A stretch of DNA of 64,000 bases from Maricaulis sp. GTDB lineage: Bacteria; Pseudomonadota; Alphaproteobacteria; Caulobacterales; Maricaulaceae. This document shows positions 25,695-34,762 of the stretch, piece by piece. The position numbers and the translations under genes were made by a program. Where the stretch lies: positions 12,487 through 76,486 of the forward strand of contig NZ_JBLXIK010000009.1 in NCBI RefSeq assembly GCF_048269565.1. The letters are read 5' to 3'. The notes beneath the pieces are model-generated. The model was not told the origin of the DNA. It saw only the letters and a program-made list of their open reading frames with translations, and did no database searches. Positions within the stretch are counted from its first letter, which is position 1; each line of letters starts with the position of its first letter.

Positions 25695-28268
25695 TCATGG
25701 GGTCGCATCGGGGTCGGCAATCGCCAGGTCGGACAGCACGATGCTGCCCGTCGCCGCTACCGCATACTCGGTCTCTGACGCCAGGGCGGCGGCCGGGAGA
25801 AGGTCGATCCGGAGCGTGCTGCTGCCGGGCTCGAAGGGGATGGTGGCGGTCAGGGTGATGATGTCGCCCTCGAGCGTGGCCGACCAGTCGTCCAGCCGCC
25901 CTCGGCGCAGGCCGAGGCCATCACCGTCTTCATTGGCGAGGAAATCAGAGCGGCCGTCAGGGTCTGTGGTGGTGATACGCAAGACGGGACGGCTCGTGTC
26001 GAGGCGCCGGAAGACCGCGGTGATCGTCAACGAGTGGGCATCGGAAGCCGGCAGGGCTGCCGCGTCCAGTTCGATATAGCTGGACTGGTAAGCGGTTTCG
26101 GATTCGTCGCGAAACAGAAGGCCGGAGGTGATCGGCGTGGCGCGTCCGTTCGACCAGATGGCGGGGTCCATCAGATTGACCACAGACGGCCTCCCGTCGA
26201 TCACTGCACCATCGCTGCGGGCCGGCATGTCGGTCGGACTGATCGCGGTGATGGGCCGGAAGACGTCGAGGATGGCGTCGTCAGCGACGACGAGCGCGCC
26301 GAGGCGTTCCGATCCGCGTTCACTGAGATGGCCGACATTGTAATAGGCTATCCGGCCGTCGAGCGTGCCGTGGCAGACGCCGTCCTGGCAGAGATGATCA
26401 TTGAAATCGACATAGCGGGCACCAGCGGCCTCGGCCACTTCGCGGATCGCGGCATTGACCCGGTCCGGCCGTGAGCGATTGATGACGGCGCGGGCACCGC
26501 AATCCATGAATGGCAGCCGCAACTGCTTGCGCTCGCAATCATGGTCGACGGCCTGCAATTGCGGCAAACGTCCGACCACCAGGACATCGACACCGCGCGA
26601 GCGCAGTTCGGTGATCGTGGCGCCAACCTCGCCGAGGAAGCGGTCGCCCCACTGATTGAAGTGGTTTTCCCAGTTCGCGGCCAGGATGACCGACGGGTAT
26701 TGGTCGAGCACTTCCAGAGTCGCGGCGATGGACTGGGCGCAACCGTCGGCGGTGCGTGGATTGGCGAATTCCGGTGCATGTTCCAGCAGGGGCGGGCAGG
26801 CCGAGTGCGCGATATTGCGGAAGCCGAAGCCGAGATGTTCCGCGATCTCGCGGATGGTGCCGACATAGTGGCCGGCATTGGAGTCGCCCCAGAGCAGCGC
26901 ACGTGGCTCGTTGATACTGTTGATGCGGCACGCCGGCAGCGTGACATCGTCATGGTCCAGATAGGGGCCCTGACAGACATAGCTCGCGGAGGTGCTGGGC
27001 AGATTGTCCTGCTCAAGCTGGGCGAGGCGTTGCGCATAACCGGCATTGAACTGCCAGAGCCCGAAGCCGTCCGTGGCGCGGATGCCGATTACAGCGACGG
27101 CCAGGCAGGCGGTGGGCAGCAGGAAATGGGTTGTGAATACACTCTTGAAACTGGCCCGGGTGCGGCGCAGCGGTCCTTCGACCCACAGGAAGGACATCCA
27201 TGACAGCGCCACCATGGCGAAGAAGGCCAGCGCCTGCTGCACCAGGTTGAGCTCGCCGATCACGTAGCGGGCGAAGGCGAGGACCGGCCAGTGCCACAGA
27301 TAGAGCGAGTAGGAGATCAGGCCGATCCAGACGAAGGGACGGAAGGTCAGGGCGCGTGACAGGGAGGAGCCACCCAGCGCCCCGGTCATCAGCAGCCCGG
27401 CCGAGCCCAGCGTCACGGGGATGGCGAGCAGGCCGGGGAAGGTCATGCTCTCATCGATCCACACAAGACTGGCGGCGATCAGCGCCATCGAGCCCCAGCC
27501 CATGGCTTCACGGGTCCAGCCCGGTACCGGGCTGATCGTCTCGGGTTGGCGCACGAGGAAATAGCACAGGGCGCCGGCCAGCAATTGCCCGGCGCGGGTC
27601 GGCAGCATGTAATAGGCGGTCATCGGCGCTTCCGGCGCGATCAGCTGGGCTGCGATGAAGCTTGCCGCTGCGACCAGGACCAGCACGGCGACCAGGATTC
27701 GGTTGAAGCGGAAGGCGCCGATCGCGGCCAGCGCGAGTGGCCAGAGCAGGTAGAATTGCTCCTCCACGCCCAGCGTCCACAGGTGCAGCAGCGGGTGCAG
27801 GGCGGAATCATCGGCAAAATAGCCGGTGTCGATCGAGAACAGGAAATAGAAGTTGGCGACGGAGAGCTGGGAGGCCAGGGCGCTGAAGGCCAGGTCCAGC
27901 ATGTCTTCGGGCAGGAAGAGGAATTGTCCGACGACCAGGCAGCTCAGAAGAACAGCCGATAGCGCCGGCATGATCCGCCGGATGCGGCGCCGGTAGAATT
28001 CGGTGATCTTGAAGGTTCCGCGGGTAATTTCCTGCGCGATATTGCCGGTAATCAGAAAACCGGAAATGACGAAAAAGATATCGACACCAATGAAGCCGCC
28101 GGGCACCCAGCTCTTGTCGATGTGGAACAGAACGACCGAGAGTACCGCCAGGGCGCGGAGCCCGTCGATATCTGCCCGGTAACCTTCGCGGACTGTCGCG
28201 AGTAGCTTCATTTGCCGTTGCCCAGATGATAGTAGTGGAAAATCATGCGATGAAAGCTTCATGATCAT
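25695..28268 (-). CDS. Second AT3-SGNH O-acyltransferase paralogue with the same extra C-terminal domain
   Basis: 857 aa with the same architecture: DIDGLRALAVLSVVLFHI...GVDIFFVISGFLITG; LLWGDSNAGHY; NVGHLS. It shares a 50-nt perfectly identical DNA patch with the neighbour. The start could instead be the ATG at 28211 (MKLLATV...). Confidence 0.85.
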   Translation of the reverse strand: MIMKLSSHDFPLLSSGQRQMKLLATVREGYRADIDGLRALAVLSVVLFHIDKSWVPGGFIGVDIFFVISGFLITGNIAQEITRGTFKITEFYRRRIRRIMPALSAVLLSCLVVGQFLFLPEDMLDLAFSALASQLSVANFYFLFSIDTGYFADDSALHPLLHLWTLGVEEQFYLLWPLALAAIGAFRFNRILVAVLVLVAAASFIAAQLIAPEAPMTAYYMLPTRAGQLLAGALCYFLVRQPETISPVPGWTREAMGWGSMALIAASLVWIDESMTFPGLLAIPVTLGSAGLLMTGALGGSSLSRALTFRPFVWIGLISYSLYLWHWPVLAFARYVIGELNLVQQALAFFAMVALSWMSFLWVEGPLRRTRASFKSVFTTHFLLPTACLAVAVIGIRATDGFGLWQFNAGYAQRLAQLEQDNLPSTSASYVCQGPYLDHDDVTLPACRINSINEPRALLWGDSNAGHYVGTIREIAEHLGFGFRNIAHSACPPLLEHAPEFANPRTADGCAQSIAATLEVLDQYPSVILAANWENHFNQWGDRFLGEVGATITELRSRGVDVLVVGRLPQLQAVDHDCERKQLRLPFMDCGARAVINRSRPDRVNAAIREVAEAAGARYVDFNDHLCQDGVCHGTLDGRIAYYNVGHLSERGSERLGALVVADDAILDVFRPITAISPTDMPARSDGAVIDGRPSVVNLMDPAIWSNGRATPITSGLLFRDESETAYQSSYIELDAAALPASDAHSLTITAVFRRLDTSRPVLRITTTDPDGRSDFLANEDGDGLGLRRGRLDDWSATLEGDIITLTATIPFEPGSSTLRIDLLPAAALASETEYAVAATGSIVLSDLAIADPDATP

Positions 28269-28563
28269 AGCGGGTTCATGAGCTTATGGACTGACCGGTT
28301 TCGCCGGTCAATGTGAGGCGCATCGCGAAAATCGGACGACTATTGTTGGGGCAAGAGGTCGGCATTGGCAAAAGTTTTGCGGACATTTTTCCATCATCAA
28401 GAGTGCATCGCGTATGGCGTCGATCCTGCATTCGCAGGGTCTCGCCGGGGATGAATGAATTCGGCAGCACCGTCCCGGAAATGATGCTGCAGGCTGCGTT
28501 GTGTGTTCGACTTGAGGGTGCAGGTCTGGCTTGAATGGACCTGCGGGCGTGCGCGTTCGGTGA

Positions 28564-31500
28564 ATGTGCCCGCGGCATGTGCCGGACAGGGGTTTCCCGG
28601 CAGAATGGAATGACGACGCAATTATGCAAAACTTTCTGACCCGTATTCTTGGACTGCTGTCGCAGTGGGCGGGCTTCCGGTCCGCCCTCCTCAAATTTCT
28701 CGAGGGTCCGGACGGGCAACCGGTTTTCGACCAGGCGGTAACGGCCGATCCCGAGCGGGCGGCCACCCTGCTGGCAAGGTCCGCGCGTCTGCCCCGCGCC
28801 GCAGATGTGTCCGGCCTTGCAGATGCGGTGATCGATCATGCGTCTGACGGGGTCCTGGCGCATGCGCTGCAGGCCCGGATGTCGGCGACCGGTGCGGTGC
28901 CGCCCGAACTGGCCAGCCCCGAATTCGTCAAGAGCCTTGTGAGCAGTCCGGATTTTGCGGCCCAGCTCGCCCGCCAGGCCGGCCGGCCGGCGATGGTCGA
29001 GGCCATGCGCGCGCGCATGGAAGCGGACATGGCCTTCACCTGGCAGCTGGTGAATGACCGGGTCCTGAAGAATTTGAGCGAGGCCAGCCGTTTTGACGCT
29101 GTCGCCGCGGACAGCCTGTCGCGACCGGCCGTCCGCGATGCCGTCAAGCTCCGCCTGGCCAGCGATGCCGCCTATGCGCGCAGCGTGCTGACCCGCGATC
29201 AGATGATGGCTGTTTGCCATCATCCGGTTTTCCTCGAAATTGCCGCGAGCTGTATCGATGACCCGGTGCTTGTCGAAGCGGCTTCCCGCCGCGCCGAGCA
29301 GGATCCGGCGATCGCCCGCAGCCTGATCAGCCTCGGCGCGCTGCGTCATCTCGTCGATGGTGAGGATTTCCGCACCCTCGTCGCAGAGCGTCTCGATAGC
29401 CCTGCGATCACGCAAATGGTCACGGCCCGCCTCGCAACGGACGCGTCCTACCGCGCAGCAACGCTGGACCAGGGCGTTTATGATGCGGCGCGGGAGGATG
29501 CCCTGTTCCTGGCGACCGCCGCCGGCATGATTGGCGCTGCGCCGGTCGTCGAGGCTGTCCGGAGCGCCGCGAAGGGCGATCCCGACTTCGCACGGTCGAT
29601 CATTTCGCCGAAGGCGCTGGCGCTTATCGCCCGCGACGCGGTCTTCCTCGATGCCGCTGCCGCGGTGACAGGCGAGGCAGCCATGGTTGCCGCCGTGCGC
29701 CAGGCCGCGCAGGACGATGCCGGATATGCGCGTTCGATCATGTCACCGGAGGCGCTCGCCGGGCTGTCATCCGAGCCGGACTTCATCGAGCTGGCGGCCG
29801 GGCTCGTCGGTGAAGAGCCTCTGGTCGATGCGGTCCGGGCGGCCCTTGGTGCCGATGCAGATTATCGCTCGCGCATTATCGATCCGGGCCTGCTCGAGCA
29901 CCTGCGCGAGATGCCTGCCTTCCGGAAACTGGCAATTGCGGAAATCGGCAGTGATGATCTGGTCAAGGCCATCCGCGCGGCGATTGAAGCGGACGGGGAC
30001 CTGCGCGATCGCATCGTGTCCCGGACGACGCTCAAGGCGATGGCGGATTCCAAGGCTTTCGTCGAGCTCGCGGCCGGACGGATCGCTGCCGATCCGATCG
30101 TCGATGCCATCCGCCGGCGCCTGCTGGAAAATCACCGCTATCGCGACCGGATTCTGGACCCCGACATCCTGCGTGCGGCCACAGAGGGGGCCGCGCTCGG
30201 CCCGCTGTTGTCCGACCGTCTTGATGATGACCAGGTACTGACAGTCATCCGTGATGCGGTCGCCGGGCGACCGGGCTTTGGCGATCAATTGCTTGATGAG
30301 CGGACAGCGGATCTCGTTGCCGGTCACGCGTCCATCGAAGCCAGGGCCGGCACGCTGATTAGAAAACCGGTGTTCCGACAAGCGGTTCGCGCCGCGCTGC
30401 TCGAGGATGCAAGCTATAGCCGTGGCCTGCTGGACGAGGCAGTTCTGGGCAAGGCCCGCGACACGATGGCCTTCGTGGCCGTGGCCGCAGGCTCGATCCG
30501 CGCCACCGGTGTCCAGTCGGCGATCCGGCGCCTGATGACCGGCGATGCGGATTATGCGCGAGGGCTGCTGACCGAAGCGATAATCGAGTCGATTGCCGAC
30601 GACGATATGGTGCTCAAGCCGGCTGCGCGTCGCATCGCCGGCGATGTCCTGATCGCGGCGGCGAAACAGGCGCTGCACGATGACGAGCGATATGTCGCCC
30701 GGATACTGACCACCGAAGTGTTGAAGACCGTGGCCGATCACGAATCCTTCCTGAAATCGGTCCCGAACCTGCTTCGCGTCGGCCGCTTCAGAAACAGTGT
30801 GCAGGCGGCCCTGGGCGAGGAGCCGGCCCTGGCCGCGAAGCTTGCCGGTTCACCGGCGGTGCTCTCCAACCTGCTGGACCAGCCGTGGAAGGGAAAGGGC
30901 AAACTGCTCGATTTCACCGGACGCGCGGCGCATGTCTGGCGGTCGCTGGAGCGCCTGTATGGCAAGGAAAGGCTTGAGGAACTTGCCTCTCCTGTGCCAA
31001 TGCCCGAGCGTGGTTTCGGCCACGAGACCGATGTGCGCGATTACATGCTGGAGCGGCTGTGCGAGGGCGACGTCATGCGCCTGCCCCACGCCGAGATCGA
31101 GTTCATCGATCGCCGTTCGCTCTGGACCCTGGTCAATGAGATCCTGATCGACGAGGAATATTATTTCCACAGCGACAAGTCGGACCCGGTGATCCTCGAT
31201 TGCGGTGCCAATTTCGGGATGTCGACGACCTATTGGAAATTGCTCTATCCGGACGCGCGGGTCACCGCCTTCGAGCCGATCAAGGCCTATGCCGACCTGA
31301 TCCGCGCAAACGCGAAACGCAATAATTTCCGCGATGTTGTCGTGCATACCGCGGCCCTGTCGAACCATGGCGGACAGGAGACATTCTTTGTCTCCGAAGA
31401 CCATTCCATGGCTGGCTCGCTCACCGAGCGGCGGACCGCCTTTGGCGACACGATTCACGAAATTACGGTCGATACCGTGCGCCTCAGCGAATACATCACA

Positions 31501-31806
31501 GGCCCGGTCGATTATCTCAAGCTCGATATCGAGGGTGCCGAACCGATGGTGCTGGCCGAGATCGAACACAAGCTCAAATGGGTCGATCAGCTGACCATGG
31601 AGTGGCATATCGATCCGGACAAGACTGCGGACGGACTCTCCGAGGCGCTGAGCCTGCTGGAACGCGCCGGTTTTGCCTATGGCGTGTCCAAGTCATACAA
31701 TTATCTGCGGGCAACTTCCCATCGTCCGATTTCGCATATTGCCGGCGTCGGCACGTTCAACGTCTGGGCGATCAAACGCGAAAGCCTGGAACGCCTGCGC
31801 GGATAG
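28564..31806 (+). CDS. Large repeat protein: 15 x 46-aa helical repeats fused to a C-terminal FkbM-family SAM methyltransferase
   Basis: 1080 aa, with an alternative ATG at 28624. Residues from about 860 to 1080 carry the FkbM pattern VILDCGANFGMST...VTAFEPI...FFVSE...LKLDIEGAEPMVL. Residues 63-752 are a strictly periodic repeat array. Confidence 0.8.
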   Translation: MCPRHVPDRGFPAEWNDDAIMQNFLTRILGLLSQWAGFRSALLKFLEGPDGQPVFDQAVTADPERAATLLARSARLPRAADVSGLADAVIDHASDGVLAHALQARMSATGAVPPELASPEFVKSLVSSPDFAAQLARQAGRPAMVEAMRARMEADMAFTWQLVNDRVLKNLSEASRFDAVAADSLSRPAVRDAVKLRLASDAAYARSVLTRDQMMAVCHHPVFLEIAASCIDDPVLVEAASRRAEQDPAIARSLISLGALRHLVDGEDFRTLVAERLDSPAITQMVTARLATDASYRAATLDQGVYDAAREDALFLATAAGMIGAAPVVEAVRSAAKGDPDFARSIISPKALALIARDAVFLDAAAAVTGEAAMVAAVRQAAQDDAGYARSIMSPEALAGLSSEPDFIELAAGLVGEEPLVDAVRAALGADADYRSRIIDPGLLEHLREMPAFRKLAIAEIGSDDLVKAIRAAIEADGDLRDRIVSRTTLKAMADSKAFVELAAGRIAADPIVDAIRRRLLENHRYRDRILDPDILRAATEGAALGPLLSDRLDDDQVLTVIRDAVAGRPGFGDQLLDERTADLVAGHASIEARAGTLIRKPVFRQAVRAALLEDASYSRGLLDEAVLGKARDTMAFVAVAAGSIRATGVQSAIRRLMTGDADYARGLLTEAIIESIADDDMVLKPAARRIAGDVLIAAAKQALHDDERYVARILTTEVLKTVADHESFLKSVPNLLRVGRFRNSVQAALGEEPALAAKLAGSPAVLSNLLDQPWKGKGKLLDFTGRAAHVWRSLERLYGKERLEELASPVPMPERGFGHETDVRDYMLERLCEGDVMRLPHAEIEFIDRRSLWTLVNEILIDEEYYFHSDKSDPVILDCGANFGMSTTYWKLLYPDARVTAFEPIKAYADLIRANAKRNNFRDVVVHTAALSNHGGQETFFVSEDHSMAGSLTERRTAFGDTIHEITVDTVRLSEYITGPVDYLKLDIEGAEPMVLAEIEHKLKWVDQLTMEWHIDPDKTADGLSEALSLLERAGFAYGVSKSYNYLRATSHRPISHIAGVGTFNVWAIKRESLERLRG
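28750..30819 (+). repeat. In-frame tandem array of 15 units of exactly 138 nt (46 aa), with no indels between units
   Basis: Counted by hand. Units start at aa 63, 109, 155, 201 ... 707. The core is 13 clear units at 29026-30819. Approximate consensus: D-[AP]-x-[YF]-x-R-x-[IL]-[ILM]-x-P-x-x-L-x-x-L-x-x-x-P-x-F-x-x-L-A-A-x-x-[IV]-x-x-x-P-[ILV]-V-[DE]-A-[IV]-R-x-A. The units are diverged at DNA level. Confidence 0.85.
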
Positions 31807-31947
31807 GGGCAATGCTGTGTCCGACTGCGCAAATCACCCGAATGGGCGTTCCAAACCGGCCAAAAATTGCTACAAGCAGTGGCATTGATCAACTAGCTGA
31901 TCGGTCGTGAGCGCGGGTTGGCTCAAGTCTATTTCCGGGAGTTCGAA

Positions 31948-32517
31948 ATGTCCGACGTGAACCATGCCTGGCTTGGTGAGTATTTCAACAAGTACCAAGG
32001 CCTGATGTTCGATGAGCAGGTCTATGACAAGCTGTTGGAATTTCACAAGCTTTGCCTGAGCGTCCGCGAGCGTGGCGGCAAGCTGATGTTTGCCGGAAAC
32101 GGCGCCAGCGCCTCGATTTCCTCGCATGGCGCCGTCGATTTCACCAAGCAGGGACGCGTTCGGGCCGTCGATTTCAACGAACCCAATCTGATCACCTGCT
32201 TCTCGAACGATTTTGGCTATGAAAACTGGATCGCCAAGGCGGTCGAATTCTACAGCGATCCGGAAGACGTGCTGGTCCTGATTTCCGTCAGCGGCAAATC
32301 ACCAAATGCCGTCAAGGCCGCCGAATACGCCAAGTCCAAGGGCATCCCGATTGTCGCTTTCACCGGCTCCGGCGCTGACAATCCGCTGCGCGCCATCGCC
32401 GACATTGATTTCTGGGTTGAGAGCCGCGCCTACAATATCGTCGAGTGTATTCACATGGGCTGGCTCATGGCGGTTGTCGACATGCTGGTGGGCCGGGCCG
32501 AATATCCTGTGACCTGA
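31948..32517 (+). CDS. SIS-domain sugar-phosphate isomerase (GmhA/phosphoheptose-isomerase-like)
   Basis: ATG at 31948 is preceded by GGGAG. GGKLMFAGNGASASISSHGAVDF...VLVLISVSGKSPNAVKAAEYAKSKGIPIVAFTG is the SIS signature. GC is visibly lower than in the flanks. Confidence 0.75.
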   Translation: MSDVNHAWLGEYFNKYQGLMFDEQVYDKLLEFHKLCLSVRERGGKLMFAGNGASASISSHGAVDFTKQGRVRAVDFNEPNLITCFSNDFGYENWIAKAVEFYSDPEDVLVLISVSGKSPNAVKAAEYAKSKGIPIVAFTGSGADNPLRAIADIDFWVESRAYNIVECIHMGWLMAVVDMLVGRAEYPVT

Positions 32518-32572
32518 TAAAACTCCAAACCCGTCATCCCATTAGCGGTGCCGGGCGATTGAGGGGGGCGAC

Positions 32573-33454
32573 GTGTTATCCTGGAGTTCGGATATTTCGC
32601 ATCTGGAGCGGCTCGTGAGCTATCTCCGGGTGAGGCGCGCGCGGGCGCGGTATTTCGAGACGCTGCGTCTCGATCTCGGCAAGGGTTTTCCTTTTACGTC
32701 GCGCGACCCCGGATATCAGGGCCGCATTGCGAGCCTGTGGAACAAGCACAAGGGCAAGCGCGGCTTTGTGCTCGGCAATGGGCCGAGCCTGGGCCAGATG
32801 GATCTGACCAAGCTCAAGGATGAGGTCACGATCGGGTCGAACGGTATTTTCCTGAAATTCGAGGAAATGGGTTTTCACACCACCTATTTCACGATGGAGG
32901 ATATCCAGCAGGTTGAAGACCGGCGCCACCAGCTGGCGAAGGTGAAGGGCCCGACCAAGATTTACGGGCTGCACAACTCCTATGCGATCAAGGATGTCGA
33001 TGAGGACACGCTGTTCGCGAATGTCGCGGTCGACAGCTATCCGACGAAAAACCGTTGGCGGGAGCATTATCCGGGCTTCTCGACGGATTTTGCCAATATT
33101 GTCTATCTCGGCTCGACCATCACCTACATCAATCTCCAGCTGGCCTTCTTCCTCGGTCTCAACCCGGTCTACATCATCGGTTGCGATCACAGCTATGGTC
33201 CGCTGGCCAAGGCCTATCCGCCGGGCAAGATCCGGATCACACCTGAAGTCTATGAAATGCTGAAGGAAGCGCATTTCATCAACAATTACCATAAGATCGG
33301 CGGCACGTTCGGCATTCCCTACGTGTCCTACCAGGAAGAGGCGTATCAACGAGCGCTCGATGTGTTCCGCGACTCCGGCCGTGAAGTGTTCAATGCGGGC
33401 GAGAATTCGAAGCTCGACATCTTCCCGCGCGTCAAATTTGATTCCCTGTTCTAG
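32573..33454 (+). CDS. DUF115/MptE-like (Maf / GT42-sialyltransferase-like) putative CMP-ulosonate-dependent glycosyltransferase
   Basis: 293 aa, GTG start after GAGGGGGG. GFVLGNGPSLGQMDLTKL matches the GNGPSL motif I recall from DUF115/Maf proteins and CstII-type transferases, followed by IIGCDHSY. The region is low in GC. The assignment rests on motifs only. Confidence 0.55.
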   Translation: MLSWSSDISHLERLVSYLRVRRARARYFETLRLDLGKGFPFTSRDPGYQGRIASLWNKHKGKRGFVLGNGPSLGQMDLTKLKDEVTIGSNGIFLKFEEMGFHTTYFTMEDIQQVEDRRHQLAKVKGPTKIYGLHNSYAIKDVDEDTLFANVAVDSYPTKNRWREHYPGFSTDFANIVYLGSTITYINLQLAFFLGLNPVYIIGCDHSYGPLAKAYPPGKIRITPEVYEMLKEAHFINNYHKIGGTFGIPYVSYQEEAYQRALDVFRDSGREVFNAGENSKLDIFPRVKFDSLF

Positions 33455-33472
33455 AATTCAAAGCGAGTTCCG

Positions 33473-34762
33473 ATGCGAATCGTCCACCTGACCTACACAC
33501 TCCGCGGCGGCGCCGGCACAGCATTGCGACGCCATCATGAGGCGTTGCGCGAAAAAGGCATCGACTCCCAGATCGTGGTCGGCGAGGCGGTGAAGGGGGA
33601 TACGCCCTATATTCACTGTCTCAAGGATCTGGTCGAAGTGCCCGAAGCCAAGGCGCGGGCGTTTGAAGCGCTGGCGCGCCGGCATCAGAAGCGCGACGGC
33701 AGCGGCGATCTTTGGGCCAGCCCGGAAAGCTTCGGGCTCAAGGATACCGAGCTTGTGCGGGCGGCCGATATTTTCGAGGTACGCCAGCTGCATGCCGGTG
33801 GTCACCGCCCCTTCTTCAACTTCCGCGCCCTGCGCGCCATTGCGCGTGAGAAACCCGTCATCTGGCGCCTGTCGGACATGTGGGCCTTCACCGGTTATTG
33901 TGCCTACTCGCTGGATTGCGAGCGCTGGCGTGAGGGTTGCGGTCCGTGTCCGCAGCTCACGACCGAGCCGGAAAAGGCCGAACTGCGCCGTCCGGACCGG
34001 GATAATTCCGCCATCATGTGGAATGCCCGGCGCAAGGCGTTCCAGGGCGTGCCCTTCCATATGGTTTTCCCGTCCGAATGGCTGCTCGAACAGGCCCGGG
34101 TCAGCCTGCTCAAGGATGCCGCCTCCTTCACCCATATTCCCGTTGGCGTGGACCCGAGCGTGTTTCGGCCGGCAGCGCGGCAGGCCAATCGCGCGCGGCT
34201 CGGCATTTCCAAGGCGAATTTCGTGATCTCGGCCGTACTCTCGAACTCGAAGAACCATCGCAAGGCCTTCGATCTGTTTGCCGATGTGGTGGGGCGCCTG
34301 CGCGAACGCCAGCGCACGACACTGGTCATCGTCGGCAATGTCGGTGAGATCGAAGGGCATCCGGCCTTTGAGGGGCTCCAGATCGTCAGCCCGGGTTATG
34401 TCGGCGACGAGGCCGAGCAGGCCGGCATTCTGTCGACCGGGGATGTCTTCCTCTTCCCGTCACGGTGTGACAACTCGGCCCAGGTTCTGCTTGAAGCCGG
34501 GGCCTGCGCCTTGCCGACCGTGTGTTTCGATGTCGGCGGCAATGCGGAATACGTCAGGGAAGGCGAGACCGGCCGGGTGATCGAGCCCTTCGACATGGTC
34601 GCCATGTCGGCAGCGGTGCAAGCGTATCGCGATGATCCGATCCTGGCGAAAGCGCACGGCAAGGCCGCGCGCCGCTTCATGGATCAGGAGTGCTCGGTCA
34701 AGCTGCAGCGCCAGCGCTTCCAGAAGCTGTACGCGACTGTTCTTGCGGGCGGGGCGAGCTAG
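33473..34762 (+). CDS. Glycosyltransferase, GT-B fold (GT4-like)
   Basis: MRIVHLTYTLRGGAGTALRRHHEAL... N-terminal domain. C-terminal part has the GT4 E-x7-E-like region: FLFPSRCDNSAQVLLEAGACALPTVCFDVGGNAEYV. Confidence 0.8.
   Translation: MRIVHLTYTLRGGAGTALRRHHEALREKGIDSQIVVGEAVKGDTPYIHCLKDLVEVPEAKARAFEALARRHQKRDGSGDLWASPESFGLKDTELVRAADIFEVRQLHAGGHRPFFNFRALRAIAREKPVIWRLSDMWAFTGYCAYSLDCERWREGCGPCPQLTTEPEKAELRRPDRDNSAIMWNARRKAFQGVPFHMVFPSEWLLEQARVSLLKDAASFTHIPVGVDPSVFRPAARQANRARLGISKANFVISAVLSNSKNHRKAFDLFADVVGRLRERQRTTLVIVGNVGEIEGHPAFEGLQIVSPGYVGDEAEQAGILSTGDVFLFPSRCDNSAQVLLEAGACALPTVCFDVGGNAEYVREGETGRVIEPFDMVAMSAAVQAYRDDPILAKAHGKAARRFMDQECSVKLQRQRFQKLYATVLAGGAS

Noticed and set aside
28276-30741. 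Minus-strand ORFs 28276-29415 (379 aa) and 29767-30741 (324 aa), opposite the repeat-methyltransferase gene
   Set aside because: The plus-strand frame shows a 46-aa periodicity that only makes sense if that frame is the coding one. The antisense frames are shadow ORFs favoured by the Ala/Arg-rich codons.
28750-30819. The 138-nt repeat array as a slippage-prone or phase-variable DNA repeat, or as a CRISPR-like or mobile repeat
   Set aside because: The units are strongly diverged at nucleotide level, and only the protein pattern and exact phase are conserved. There are no spacers or direct identical repeats, so recombinational contraction or expansion is unlikely to be frequent. It is an ancient protein repeat, not a DNA-level repeat element.
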